A stretch of 64,000 bases of DNA from Candidatus Poribacteria bacterium (GCA_963665235.2 CAXXLX010000001.1:2592001-2656000), one strand, 5' to 3'. Numbered from the stretch's first letter, positions 19,073-30,199 are shown. Program-made: numbers and translations. The notes: a model not told the origin generated them from the letters alone.

Positions 19073-21808
19073 TTATTTGTCCACACCGACTAAATCCCAT
19101 AATAGCACCGTGCCATCCTCGCTGCCACTGGCAAGAAAAAACTGACCTTTAGGATTAAACGCCACGCTATCGACCGAATCTGTATGTCCACTCAAGGGAA
19201 ACAGGAAATTGCCTGTGTTGACATCCCACAAACGGATTGTGGTATCAGTGCTGCCACTGGCAAGTACTCTACTATCCGGACTAAATGCTACGCTCCTGAT
19301 CCAACCGGTATGCCCCTTTAACGTGTGGAGCAGTTCATTTGTGCTTGCATCCCATAAACAGATTGTCCTGTCCCTACCGCCACTGGCAAGCAATTGTCCA
19401 TCCGGACTAAATGCTATGCTGTTGACACCCCCCGTATGTGCATTTAGGGTGTGCAGTTGCTCACCTGTGTTGACATCCCACAAACGGATTGTTTTATCGG
19501 TGCTGCCACTGGCAAGCGTCCCACTATCAGGACTGAAAAATATGCTCATGACAGAACCGGTATGCTCACTTAGCGTTCGGCGCAGCTCGCCTGTGCTGAT
19601 ATCCCATAAGCAGATTGTGTTATTGGTGCTGCCACTGGCAAGCAGCCGCCCATCGGGACTAAACGCTACGCTCCTGATCCAACCCTTCTGTTCACTTAGC
19701 GTGTGGAGCAGTTCACCTGTGCTGACACTCCATAAGCGAATTGCTCCGTCCATGCTGCCACTCATAAGCACCCGACTGTCAGGACTAAATGCTACGGTAA
19801 AGACATCAGAGCTATCATTCATCAGTGTGTGCAAGTGCCTACCCGTGCTGGCATCCCATAAACGGATCATGTTATCGTCGCCGCCACTAGCAAGCAGTTT
19901 GCCATCGGGACTAAACGCCACACCAAAAACCCAATTTGTATGTTCACTTAGCGTGTGGCGTAGCTCACCCGTACTCACATCCCATATATCCCCAGCTCCA
20001 GTGGCAAGCGTCTGTCCATCGGGACTAAATGCCACGCTAAAAAGCCAAGAGGTATGCTCATTCAGTGTGCGGCGCAGCGCACCTGTGTTGACATCATAGA
20101 AATGGATTCTATTGTACGACCCAGTGGCAAGCAGTTTTCCATCGGGACTAAACGCTACACTATTAACATCCGCCGTATGCTCATCGAGGCTATGGCGCAG
20201 TGCACCTGTGCTTGCATCCCATAAATAGATTGTCCTGTCCCTACTGCCACTGGCAAGCAGCAGCCCCTTTCGACTAAACGCTACGCTGTTGACCTCGGCC
20301 GTATGTTCAATTAGGGTGCGCAGTCGCTCACCTGTGCTGACATCCCACAAACGGATTGTTCTATCGGTGCTGCCACTGGCAAGCAGTTTTCCATCTGAAC
20401 TAAATGATACGCTATTAACCTCACCCATCATATCCTTTTTAACCTCACCCGTCATATCCTTCAAGGTGTGCTGTTGTTCGCCTGTGTTGATATCCCACAA
20501 ACGGATTGTTCTATCGGTGCTGCCACTGGCAAGCGTCTGTCCATCAGGACTAAATGCTACACTATTAACATCCGACGTATGTCCGCTCAAGGTGCGCAAA
20601 TGTATACCTGTGTTGCCATCCCATAAACGAATTGTTTTATCGGTGCTGCCACTGGCAAGCATTCTACCCTCAGGACTAAACGCTACGCTATTAACACCCG
20701 CCGTATGTCCTGTGAGTAGTTCAGATACTTCGCCGCTTTCCGCGTCGTAGAGCCAGATGCCAATACTACTTGCAACTGCTAAACGTGTGCTATTTGGAGA
20801 GTAGGCTACCTCTGCTATTCCGCCTTTACCGAAACGGACTTTTGCCTCTTTTGGCAATTCCCATTGTGTATAGTCTTTGAGAAATTCATCTTCTGCTGTG
20901 GGACCATTATTAATTTGCTGCGCAGGATTATTATTTCGCTTATCCCCCGCGTTGACGTTTCCTATCTGTGTGCGTATATCGGGTGTAAATTCCAGGTTTA
21001 CAACTATAGGTGCGTCAACAATATCGACCGTCATCTCGGACTGCGCGTCTAAACTATAAGGGGGTTGGAAACGCGATAGGTATTGGCTGCCTATTCCGAG
21101 CATCAGGACAATCAAAACGACACTTGACGCGCTCAACGCCCACGGTAACAACGGTTTGCTGCCTGATGGTGCCGCCGGTTTGATGCGGGAAATTTTTCGC
21201 ATAATCTGCTCTGTTAGATTTGTGGATAGCTGGAAATTGCGAAGCGTTTCTCGAATCATCGGTTCCTCCTTTTTGAGTCGCTGCCGGGCCCTGTGTAGTC
21301 GCTGCTTAACCGCGCTTGTAGATATGCCTAAGAACTGACTAATCTCTTCACACGTCATTTCGCCGAAGTAGTGGAGTGTCATCACCGTGCGTTCACTCTC
21401 TTTCAGTTTTGCGAGCAGCTTTTTAACCACCTCGCGCTGTGTTTCAACTGTAGCTTTCGCCTGTTCCGCTGCGATATATTGGGAATATGCCGTATCTGCT
21501 GCCACCTCAATAGTAGTATCATCTAGCGATTCAATTTCAATCCGTTTTTTTCGGAGCCAGGCGTGACATTGCCGATTCGCGATGACGTAAAGCCATCCCG
21601 AGAACTGCTTTGCATCTCTCAGCGTTGTCAGTTTTTGATAGACTTTGAGGAAGGTGTCTTGTGTAATTTCTTCAGCGATGTGAAAGTCGCCAATTTTCCG
21701 CCATGCAAGTGCATGAACCTGCTTTTGATATTTTTTTACCAACGTCTCGAAGGCGGTTTCATCGCCCTCCAAGATGCGGTGTATCAGTTCAACATCGTCG
21801 TTTTTCAT
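19073..21808 (-). CDS. ECF sigma-70 factor fused via a TM segment to a WD40 beta-propeller region
   Basis: AEEITQDTFLK / FSGWLYVIA (sigma2), EISQFLGISTSAVKQRLHRARQRL (sigma4), a hydrophobic helix, then roughly 13 WD40 repeats. Confidence 0.9.
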   Translation of the reverse strand: MKNDDVELIHRILEGDETAFETLVKKYQKQVHALAWRKIGDFHIAEEITQDTFLKVYQKLTTLRDAKQFSGWLYVIANRQCHAWLRKKRIEIESLDDTTIEVAADTAYSQYIAAEQAKATVETQREVVKKLLAKLKESERTVMTLHYFGEMTCEEISQFLGISTSAVKQRLHRARQRLKKEEPMIRETLRNFQLSTNLTEQIMRKISRIKPAAPSGSKPLLPWALSASSVVLIVLMLGIGSQYLSRFQPPYSLDAQSEMTVDIVDAPIVVNLEFTPDIRTQIGNVNAGDKRNNNPAQQINNGPTAEDEFLKDYTQWELPKEAKVRFGKGGIAEVAYSPNSTRLAVASSIGIWLYDAESGEVSELLTGHTAGVNSVAFSPEGRMLASGSTDKTIRLWDGNTGIHLRTLSGHTSDVNSVAFSPDGQTLASGSTDRTIRLWDINTGEQQHTLKDMTGEVKKDMMGEVNSVSFSSDGKLLASGSTDRTIRLWDVSTGERLRTLIEHTAEVNSVAFSRKGLLLASGSRDRTIYLWDASTGALRHSLDEHTADVNSVAFSPDGKLLATGSYNRIHFYDVNTGALRRTLNEHTSWLFSVAFSPDGQTLATGAGDIWDVSTGELRHTLSEHTNWVFGVAFSPDGKLLASGGDDNMIRLWDASTGRHLHTLMNDSSDVFTVAFSPDSRVLMSGSMDGAIRLWSVSTGELLHTLSEQKGWIRSVAFSPDGRLLASGSTNNTICLWDISTGELRRTLSEHTGSVMSIFFSPDSGTLASGSTDKTIRLWDVNTGEQLHTLNAHTGGVNSIAFSPDGQLLASGGRDRTICLWDASTNELLHTLKGHTGWIRSVAFSPDSRVLASGSTDTTIRLWDVNTGNFLFPLSGHTDSVDSVAFNPKGQFFLASGSEDGTVLLWDLVGVDK

Positions 21809-21909
21809 CAAATACCTCCAGAAAATTGATTCATCGTAAACCAATATATAATGACGCGAGCTAGCGGCAAAATGGTTACATAATTCTGGAAAAAGATGGA
21901 TTTCGAGGT

Positions 21910-22123
21910 AACGTGAGCTTGATAATAAATATCCGTTTTCTCTAAACCTTTTTCATCGCGAAAAAAGCGGTATAATTGTAGCATAAACTTCCTAGTTTGT
22001 GCTCTAAACCTTTTTCATCGCGAAAAAAGCGGTATAATTGTAGCATAAACTTCCTAGTTTGTGCTGTTTTTTGCTAAAACTACCACAGAACGCTCTAGGT
22101 CAAAACTTTTTTCAAACTCGCGT
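21910..22123. mobile_element. MITE (AACGTGAGCTTGA family) with an internal ~62-bp tandem duplication
   Basis: Near-identical to 46463-46616 plus a duplicated CTCTAAACC..GTTTGTG unit. Confidence 0.75.
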
Positions 22124-22211
22124 GAGGTAATAAAATATGTGAACACCTCCTGATAGGCGTGGTTTCCTAACCCACCATTTATCCAAGCCTAGTAGGCGCG
22201 CTTTTATGAAT

Positions 22212-22322
22212 CAGGACTTACGCAAATTTAGCACATAGTCTCGTAGGGGCGAGGTCACCTCGCCCGCTATACCCTTAAATCCCATTATCTATGGACTTTA
22301 TCAAAGCACTGCGTAAGTCCTG
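22212..22322. mobile_element. MITE with perfect 13-bp TIR and 5-bp target duplication
   Basis: CAGGACTTACGCA..TGCGTAAGTCCTG flanked by TGAAT on both sides. Confidence 0.85.
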
Positions 22323-22328
22323 TGAATA

Positions 22329-24223
22329 TTAATTTTTTAATAAGGAGGTGAGGTCCCATAGAAGTATTGTGCCATCTATACTTCCACTTGCGAGCGTTTT
22401 ATGATTTGGGGTTAAGACAATACTAGAAACACCTGCCGTATGTTCAATGAGCTTTCGGAAGAGCGTACCCGAATCCGTATTCCAAAAACGGATTGAATTG
22501 TCATAACCTCCGCTAACTATTGTGTTTCCATCGGGGTAAATATGAGAGCCGTGACTCCGGAAGTGTGTCCAATCAGCGTATTTTTATGTTGACCGGAGGG
22601 AACATTCCATAAACGAATTGTTTTGTCATAGCTCCCACTAGCGAGCGTACTGCCATCCGGATTGAATGCCAGCGTCTCGACACGGTCCGTATGTCCAGTA
22701 AATTTCTGAATTTGTGTTCCTGAAATCCAATTCCATATACGGATAGTATTGTCATCACTTCCACTAGCGAGCGTACTGCCATCCGGACTGAAAGCTATGC
22801 TAAGGACAGCAGCGGTATGCCCTCTAATTTTCCTTTGTTTACCTGTGTTTGTATCCCATAATCGGATAATATTATCACTCCCAGCACTTGCCAGTATACT
22901 GCCATCTGGACTGAACGCAACACTATTAATGCCTCCGCCGATTATACTCTGGAGAGTTTGCTTGTGCGCTCCCGAAACTGAATCCCAAAGATGGATAGTC
23001 GCATCGTATCCCCCACTCGCGAGTATCGCGCCATCCGGACTGAAGGCGAGGGTATTAATTTGAAATCTATGTCCAGTGAGAGTTTGCTTAGGTGCGCTTG
23101 AATCCCAATCCCATAGTCGAATGTCTGATGTATGTGCACTTGCGAGTATGTGTCCATCTGGACTGAAAGCAATCTCCCAAATTGCTGCGTGGGCATATCC
23201 AGTGAATATTTGCTTTTGTTCACCCGAAATCACCTCCCAAATACGGATGGAACCGTCTCCGCTTGCACTTGCTAGTGTTCGCATATCCGGACTGAAGGCA
23301 ACACTTGCTATATATCCCTCGTGTCCTCTGAGAACTTTCTTTGGCCTACCTGTGTTTGCATCCCACAAGCGGATAGTCATGTCCCCACTACCGGTAGCAA
23401 TTAGACTTCCATCCGGACTGAAGGTAACACAGGTAATATATTTGCTATGTCTTTTGAGGAGTCCTCCGAGGATTTTCTTTTGTTTGCCTGTGTTTGTGTC
23501 CCATATACGAGCAGTTTTTTCATCACCGCCACTTACTAGTAAACTGCCATCTGGATTGAACGCAATACTTCTGACACGCTTCTTATGTCCAAGGAGTGTC
23601 AGTTTATGCACGCCAGAAACCCAATCCCATATACGGATAGTATTATCCCTACTTCCACTTGCAAGCAGTGTTCCCTCCGGACTGAAGGTAAGACTTTCGA
23701 TACCTTTTGTATGTCCTTTGAAGGTATTCTTGTGCCGCCCCGTGTTTGCATCCCACAAGTGGATGTTTCTGGCCCTGCCACCCCCTGCAATAGTAGTTCC
23801 ATCCGCGCTAAAGGCGATGCTTGTAATACCACCGAAAACATCCTCAACCAGTTTCCGTTTTTCTTTTCCTGTAGTAGAGTCCCAAAGACGAATAGTGTCG
23901 TCTTCACCCCCACTTGCGATAGTAGTTCCATCCGCGCTAAAGGCAATGCATTCAACAAAGTCTTTATGTCCTGAGAGCAAGGCGATTTCTTTATAGGTTA
24001 TTGCATCATAGAGTCTAATCCCAATAGAGCTTGCCACTGCTAGACGTGTACCATCTGGAGAATAAACGAGATTTCCAGTTATCACCCCTTTACCGAGACG
24101 TTGTGGTTTGGCACCTTTAGGTCCATTCCATTCTGTATAGTCTTGTGCAAAAATATTGAGTGGCAAAAATATTGAAATGAAAAATAATGCCCAGAGAATT
24201 GCGAAAAATTGTGATTTTTTCAT
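22329..24223 (-). pseudogene. Secreted WD40-repeat protein, frameshifted near the C-terminus
   Basis: Signal peptide plus WD40 repeats. At ~22533 a C-run is 1 nt short; the shifted frame continues PDGNTIVSGGYDNSIRFWN..GTILLWDLTSLLKN* to 22329. Confidence 0.8.
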
Positions 24224-24249
24224 GTTTTTTTCCCACAAGAGAGGAATAT

Positions 24250-25179
24250 CTATCCTACCAAATACTTAAAGACAGCGGATAAATTGTCGTCAGGGGAATA
24301 GAGTTGAGAAATGTTCAATTCGTTTTCAATCAGAATTTGGGGCAGCCGCGCGTAAAAAGCGTCCGGCTTTGCCGTTTCAATGACAACATCCCCCACCTCA
24401 TTGCCGAAGGTGACGCTAAGAATATCCTCAAACGGCAGACAGATTTGTGCCAAGCGGCGCGGTTCGACAGCCCGCATGTAGACCTTATGCGGGTGTTCAT
24501 CGATAAGTTCACGGATGTCGGAGATAGTCCCTTCCGCGAGGATGCGTCCTTGATGAATGAGCAGAATCGTCTCTGTCATCGCTTCTATCTCATAAAGAAT
24601 ATGGCTTGAGACAACCATGCTGATACCCTGTTCCACAAGTTCCGCGAGTAGTGCTAAGATATGCCGTCTGCCAATAGGGTCAAGTCCGGTGAGCGGTTCA
24701 TCCAGGAAAAGAAGCTCCGGTTCATGGACAAGGGCTTGGGCAAGCTTGATACGTTGGCGCATCCCCTTGCTGTAGGAGCCGATAGGTTTGTCTTTTGCCG
24801 AAAGCATGTCCACCGTTTCAAGCACTTTCAAGCTCCGAGATTCTACGTCCGCTTTGTCGTATCCGCTTAACGTCGCAAAAAAGGCGATAAACTCAAAACC
24901 GCTCATAAATTGATAGGCTAATTCTATATCCGGGCAGTAGCCGATTCGGCGGGTGAGTTGAACGTTATTCCATACCGGTTGGTCTAGGACAGTGATGTGC
25001 CCCTGATTCGGTTTGAGTTGACCGGTCATTAATTTAAGTAGACTTGTTTTGCCTGCCCCGTTAGGGCCTAACAGTCCGGTGATGCCGGGGTGGATTGTCA
25101 ACGTTACGTCATTTACACCTAGGACTTCGCCGTACCATTTGGACAAGTTTTCAGTTTGAACGATTGGTGTGTTATTCAT
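24250..25179 (-). CDS. ABC transporter ATP-binding protein
   Basis: GPNGAGKT, YSKGMRQR, LFLDEP, SSH. Confidence 0.93.
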   Translation of the reverse strand: MNNTPIVQTENLSKWYGEVLGVNDVTLTIHPGITGLLGPNGAGKTSLLKLMTGQLKPNQGHITVLDQPVWNNVQLTRRIGYCPDIELAYQFMSGFEFIAFFATLSGYDKADVESRSLKVLETVDMLSAKDKPIGSYSKGMRQRIKLAQALVHEPELLFLDEPLTGLDPIGRRHILALLAELVEQGISMVVSSHILYEIEAMTETILLIHQGRILAEGTISDIRELIDEHPHKVYMRAVEPRRLAQICLPFEDILSVTFGNEVGDVVIETAKPDAFYARLPQILIENELNISQLYSPDDNLSAVFKYLVG

Positions 25180-26122
25180 AGTTAGCTTTCAACTGTTTAC
25201 AGATTTTGAGGGTTTCTTCAAGATTTTGGATGCCTGCCGTGGTCCCAATAGCAGTTACACATGCTGCGCCTGTTGCGGACGCTAATTCCGCTGTCGCTTT
25301 GAGCTCCCATTCCATCACTGTCCCAGCGAGGAAGCCGGCGGCATAAGCATCACCTGCCCCGGTGGCATCAATGACCTCTACACAGTATGCTGGAATAGAA
25401 AGTTCTTCAGTATCGGTAGCGACGTAGCTCCCGCGGGCTCCCATTTTGATACCAACGGTGCTAATGCCGTAGTTTCTGAAAAATTGTGCAATTTCGGGCA
25501 GCTCGGATGTACCGGTCAGGTGTTCGGCTTCTGTTAAACTTGGCAGAAAGATGTCAACGAACGGCAAACAAGGTTCCAACGTTTCCAACCACTTTCCTGT
25601 AGCGTCCCAGGCTGTGTCGAGTGAGGTAGTTATGCCCAACGCCTTCGCTTTTCGGAGCACGTTCGCCATAGGGTGTCCATCAAATTTCGGCATCACAAGC
25701 GCGCCCGCGATATGCAGAATCTTCGCGGTTTTAAGAAGTTCCCAATTGATGTCCGCTTCGCAAAGCTCTCCGTTTGCACCGATGTAGTGGCAGAAACTTC
25801 GTTCCCCATCGGAGGCAATTGCGACAAATGTAAAGGAGGTGTTGACGTTAGCATCCTGTTGTATACCGGTGGTATCAACGCCATTTTCGGTGAGCGTTTG
25901 TAAAACGACATTGCCAAAATGGTCGCTGCCGATTTTTCCCATCCCGCCAACGGAGATGCCTAACCGCGAAAGCGCAATCGCTGTGTTATTTGCACAGCCC
26001 CCGGTATGGATTTCTAGTTCATCAAAAAGCTCTAATTTCCCTTTTTCGGGAAAACGGTCTATGGGTCGTCCGAGCACATCGACGACAAAAATTCCGAGCG
26101 ATAGCACGTCCATCCGTTTCAC
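25172..26122 (-). CDS. PfkB-family carbohydrate kinase
   Basis: GGCANNTAIALSRLG; DATGAGDAY. Confidence 0.93.
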   Translation of the reverse strand: MKRMDVLSLGIFVVDVLGRPIDRFPEKGKLELFDELEIHTGGCANNTAIALSRLGISVGGMGKIGSDHFGNVVLQTLTENGVDTTGIQQDANVNTSFTFVAIASDGERSFCHYIGANGELCEADINWELLKTAKILHIAGALVMPKFDGHPMANVLRKAKALGITTSLDTAWDATGKWLETLEPCLPFVDIFLPSLTEAEHLTGTSELPEIAQFFRNYGISTVGIKMGARGSYVATDTEELSIPAYCVEVIDATGAGDAYAAGFLAGTVMEWELKATAELASATGAACVTAIGTTAGIQNLEETLKICKQLKANYE

Positions 26123-26157
26123 CTCTTTATCTCCGCTGGTTGTGTATTGAGACTACA

Positions 26158-28113
26158 TCACTGTTTCTCCTCATGGAGATACAAAATCACTAACGTTTCA
26201 TCATTTAACGTAACGTTTCCATCTGTTGCCGTGAGCGGAATTGCTTCTGAAAACTGCTTCGGTTGCGCCATCCACCCAAGACACACCGCCCGCTTAGAAA
26301 TATCGGTTGCGGCGGTGTAGTTCTTTATCTCGGTTGTTAAGTATTGTAACACACCTTCCCGTTGTAAGATTTGCGCGAACGGTTTCCGAGCGACGTTCAA
26401 ACCTTCAGCAGGGGGCATCTTTTCTGCTAGCTTACCGGAGGTGCCAGATGCCAGTATGTCCCTCTCACCGAGTGTGACATTTCCCAAATAGGTTGCTTCT
26501 TCGCCTATAAATCGCCATGCGTCTTCTAATTCTAGAGCCGGTTGTTGCCAATCCAAAAATGCCGTTTTCAGATATGTGCTGGGGCTCCACGGTTCCACAT
26601 AAGCTGCTTGTACCTGAAACAGTGACCCTTGTGTGAGCTTTGGCAACGCTGCGCCGCTCGCTGTTTTTTCTGGTGCCAAAGGACGAATAAAGGTGTCTTG
26701 TGTCAGCACAATTGACGTTTCGGTATGGGCAGTCGCGCGTAGTGACACGTAACTTTGGTAGTGTGCGCGGGCCCGTTCCGGATAGACAGATAAAATCGAA
26801 AACCGGTCCGCCGTGAGACTTTTCGGCAGCACAGTTCGTGCTACACCGATAGTACTGATGGAAATAAGCACGAGAACCGCTCCGCCAAGCCAATAGCTCC
26901 TCGCTTTTTTTTGTGGGTACCGCCTGCCTCTGCTAAAATAGCGGAGGAAACCGCCAAAGCTGAGTAGATATACCGGTAATACTATCGATAGCAGTTTAAT
27001 GAGCGGAACCTGTGTCGGCATTTTTGACAGAAACTGTTCATAAATTTTTTCATCGTGTTTACGATACTGTGCATATCGCGTCGCCAGGAGCCGGGGTGAT
27101 TTACCGTGCGTTTTGAGTAATCCACTCCAAAAGGATTCTGCTGCATGCTGTCCGGAAAATGGAGGGGCGTTGTAATCAAACGAGAGACACAGAATCTGCC
27201 CACTCCCTAAAAGCCGTTTGGCGACGTAAATCTGTTCATTTGTACCAATTACGGTATGGCATCCGGGGTGCGGTGCAAACTGGATATGCTTAAACGGTGT
27301 CCTGATATGCTCCGACATGCCCCCCTCCGACTTAAAGCCGAATTGTTGTTGCAAGACAGGGGGTATAACGTCAAGTGTCTGCTCACGTATCAGTTGAACC
27401 GGCAAAAACTGTTCAATAAAACTCCCTTTCAGGTAACGAAAGTTGCTGCCCCCCGATACAATCAGCGTGCCCCCCCGTTGTATCCAATCTAATAGTGCTG
27501 TTTGTCGTGATTTAGAAATGCGCGTCGGCGTTAGTGCTATCTCACGGATAACGAGCACATCTATGCTGCTATAACCTATCCACTGTGTCGGCATCGCGTC
27601 CGAATTTGGAAGGTATTTGACCTGTATCTGTGTGCCTTCGGCATCTAGTTGTTTTTTGTCAATTAATTTTTGTAGCTTGTCCCCACTCGGCACTAATCCA
27701 AGCACGAAATAGTCGACGTTTTCTATCGATGTTGGCGGTAAAATCTCTTGCATCGCCCTCGGTGCTAATTGCTGCCCCGATTTTTCTATTTGTGCAAGTT
27801 TTATAACAAATTTTGCAGCTGTCTTGGGACAGTAGACATAGAGTTGTTTACGTTGCCAATCGGTTGTGCTGAGCTGCAGCGGCGTAGTGTGTCGCTGAAT
27901 AGGCACATCTGAAATCCGATTGCGAACCTCAACCGTGAGTTCTCCGTTAAACGACGTAGCTTCATTCTGGCTTCGCACGATGACATTCAGGGGCACCCAT
28001 GTTCCCGCTTTGTAGCCGTCGTTGAACCCAAAGGTTACCTCCTCAAAATTCACCGCGCAGAGGGCAGAAGATGCAGCAAAAAATGCTAATAAAAGTGTCG
28101 CTTTTGTTCTCAT
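26158..28113 (-). CDS. Hypothetical membrane protein with a glutamine-amidotransferase-like domain
   Basis: Signal peptide, GFNDGYKAGTWVPL, ALLDWIQRGGTLIVSGG, two TM helices. Confidence 0.65.
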   Translation of the reverse strand: MRTKATLLLAFFAASSALCAVNFEEVTFGFNDGYKAGTWVPLNVIVRSQNEATSFNGELTVEVRNRISDVPIQRHTTPLQLSTTDWQRKQLYVYCPKTAAKFVIKLAQIEKSGQQLAPRAMQEILPPTSIENVDYFVLGLVPSGDKLQKLIDKKQLDAEGTQIQVKYLPNSDAMPTQWIGYSSIDVLVIREIALTPTRISKSRQTALLDWIQRGGTLIVSGGSNFRYLKGSFIEQFLPVQLIREQTLDVIPPVLQQQFGFKSEGGMSEHIRTPFKHIQFAPHPGCHTVIGTNEQIYVAKRLLGSGQILCLSFDYNAPPFSGQHAAESFWSGLLKTHGKSPRLLATRYAQYRKHDEKIYEQFLSKMPTQVPLIKLLSIVLPVYLLSFGGFLRYFSRGRRYPQKKARSYWLGGAVLVLISISTIGVARTVLPKSLTADRFSILSVYPERARAHYQSYVSLRATAHTETSIVLTQDTFIRPLAPEKTASGAALPKLTQGSLFQVQAAYVEPWSPSTYLKTAFLDWQQPALELEDAWRFIGEEATYLGNVTLGERDILASGTSGKLAEKMPPAEGLNVARKPFAQILQREGVLQYLTTEIKNYTAATDISKRAVCLGWMAQPKQFSEAIPLTATDGNVTLNDETLVILYLHEEKQ

Positions 28114-28167
28114 CGCAACGCCATCTCCACGAAATGCGTCTTTATATAAGACGTAAAAACTATGTTT

Positions 28168-29001
28168 TTAGATGAGGCGCGCTGGATTTTTAGAGAGCCG
28201 TGTCTCCGTCGCGCCATCAAAAGGGGATGTGCTAAAAACCCCGTTCCCTAACATAATCATGGAGGCAACACCCCCTGCCGCCTCAATTTGTGAGATTGTC
28301 TCTATCACCCGTGCATCGCGCAGCAAACCGCTCTCCACTGAAAATTGTTTTGCGACTGCAAAACATTCGGTAAAAAGTGCCTGCTCTTTCACAGCATCTG
28401 TGAGCGATTGCAAAGCAGCTAAGGCGGTATCCGCAGCACGATTGATTCGTCTTGTCTGCTCCGGGTTTCCAAGCACCTCGCTCGTCCGAATCGGGCCGAA
28501 GTACCGATAATAGATAGGTTGTTCAGCAATCGGCAGCCTGTCAGCGACTAACGGCGCGCCCTCCTTCAACTTGACGAGACAACCGCCGTGGTATTGCGAA
28601 CAGACATCGCCTAGCCCAGTGCGATTTTCAACTTCGGCAACGTGTGCTATCATTGCAAGCTCCGCAACGGATTTACGGCGTTGCAGCAGTTCGTTAAGGG
28701 AATATGCTGTTGACAACGCAGCAGCACCGCTCAACCCGAAACCGCAACCGAGCGGCAGCGGGGAGGTAATGTCTACCTTTATGTCTACTTCAGTGAGCTG
28801 ATTGACGACATGCCGAACCGTTGGAAAATTGATACCCTCTCCGTTAAATAGGACTATTGTCTCGTCATGCACAGAGACGGTGACTTCTACACCCTCTTTG
28901 ACTGTAAACCCCATGCCGAGTGAATGCATGCGGGCTGCATCAGGATGCGGAATAACCTTGAAAACACACGAAATGTTGCCAGGGGCAAATGCGCTTGCCA
29001 T
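28168..29001 (-). CDS. GHMP kinase resembling archaeal pantoate kinase
   Basis: AFAPGNISCVF, PLGCGFGLSGA, AHVAEVENRTGLGDV, SMIMLGNGVF. Confidence 0.75.
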   Translation of the reverse strand: MASAFAPGNISCVFKVIPHPDAARMHSLGMGFTVKEGVEVTVSVHDETIVLFNGEGINFPTVRHVVNQLTEVDIKVDITSPLPLGCGFGLSGAAALSTAYSLNELLQRRKSVAELAMIAHVAEVENRTGLGDVCSQYHGGCLVKLKEGAPLVADRLPIAEQPIYYRYFGPIRTSEVLGNPEQTRRINRAADTALAALQSLTDAVKEQALFTECFAVAKQFSVESGLLRDARVIETISQIEAAGGVASMIMLGNGVFSTSPFDGATETRLSKNPARLI

Positions 29002-29024
29002 GTCGCTCCTTTCTTTTTAAGATG

Positions 29025-29571
29025 AAGAGACTCCCTTAACAATCCCAAGTCTTTAGCTTTGGGTCCAACCCGCGTCTCTTGTGCGACCGCAAATCAAAAG
29101 AAGAACTTTGACTTTTGCACTTGATTCGTGGTATAATATTAGCATAACCCGTGGCAACCTATGTCTCTCTAATACTTGTTAGAGTGGTTGCCCATCCTAA
29201 AGACATAATGGGTTAAGGTTATGGGTTTATTCCGATTTTAAACAACTTCCGTTATCCTGCTATAAGCGAAGGTTAACGGTGCAGGAATTGTAAAACAATG
29301 CTTTGCCACGAAGATAGTGAGTCAGAAAGCGTATCAGGAGGCTGCCCAAACCATTGGTCTCCTGTAGTAGCGTCTGTGGAGCGCGCCGCCTTTGTCATAA
29401 AAGGTCAAGCATTCGTGAACTGCGAATGTCGTAACTTCGGTTTTTCAGGTCACCCGAAGGGGACTTACACCGATGGAGCCGCCGATGAGCGGTAAAATGC
29501 TGCCCGTATGTCTGTAGGGAGACGGGCCTTCTTTATGAGGTCCCACTGCTTTAGCTGTGGGAGTGCTTCAC
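29025..29571 (+). mobile_element. Second non-autonomous IS200/IS605-type element with promoter and structured cargo (left boundary approximate)
   Basis: Hairpins CCCAAGTCTTTAGCTTTGGG and TCCCACTGCTTTAGCTGTGGGA; right end ..GCTTCAC; TTGACT-18-TATAAT at 29108-29137. Confidence 0.7.
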
Positions 29572-29632
29572 TAGCCTTAAACGCCTTGCATGTCTACAAA
29601 GTTTATCTAAGGTAGGCTCGGGATGTCCGTGT

Positions 29633-30199
29633 CTATTGAACGCGTTTATAGATGTGCCCCAAAGACAGTTCGCAGCGAATTGAATCCACAGAAAGTACAT
29701 CCGCAAGTTCCGATAATTCGATCACTCTCCACTGCGTTCCTAAGCGAAAATGGCGTTCAACGTTTACCCTGTCTTGCGAAACAAGGATGTACTCTTGCAA
29801 GGACACAATCTGCTTATAGGATTCAAATTTTTCACCTCTGTCATACGCTGCTGTTGAGCGGAAAAGCACCTCTACAATAACAGTTGGATTGAGAAGCGTA
29901 TCAAACATATCATCTTCAAAACGGGGTTCATCACAGACCACAACAACATCCGGATAGAAGTAAGATGGTATTGGCCTCGCCTTCACGCGCATCTCGCTAG
30001 CGTAGACCTCACAATCCCGATTTACCAGTTGATTGTAAAAACCATTAAGTATATTTCCTGTGAGGAGGTTATGTGCGCGACTTGCCCCGGACATCGCGAA
30101 TATCTGTCCGCTGAGATATTCATTTTTGAAGGGTGCTTTGCGTTCCCAAGCAAGGTATTCCTCAGGTGTCAGTTGGGTTTGCACAGCAATGACAGTCAT
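29633..30199 (-). CDS. Uma2-family PD-(D/E)xK endonuclease-like protein
   Basis: LTPEEYLAWER, AMSGASRAHN, YPDVVVVC, EYILVSQD. Confidence 0.88.
   Translation of the reverse strand: MTVIAVQTQLTPEEYLAWERKAPFKNEYLSGQIFAMSGASRAHNLLTGNILNGFYNQLVNRDCEVYASEMRVKARPIPSYFYPDVVVVCDEPRFEDDMFDTLLNPTVIVEVLFRSTAAYDRGEKFESYKQIVSLQEYILVSQDRVNVERHFRLGTQWRVIELSELADVLSVDSIRCELSLGHIYKRVQ

Noticed and set aside
19209-23996. Long + strand ORFs with periodic motifs
   Set aside because: Antisense shadows of WD40 genes.
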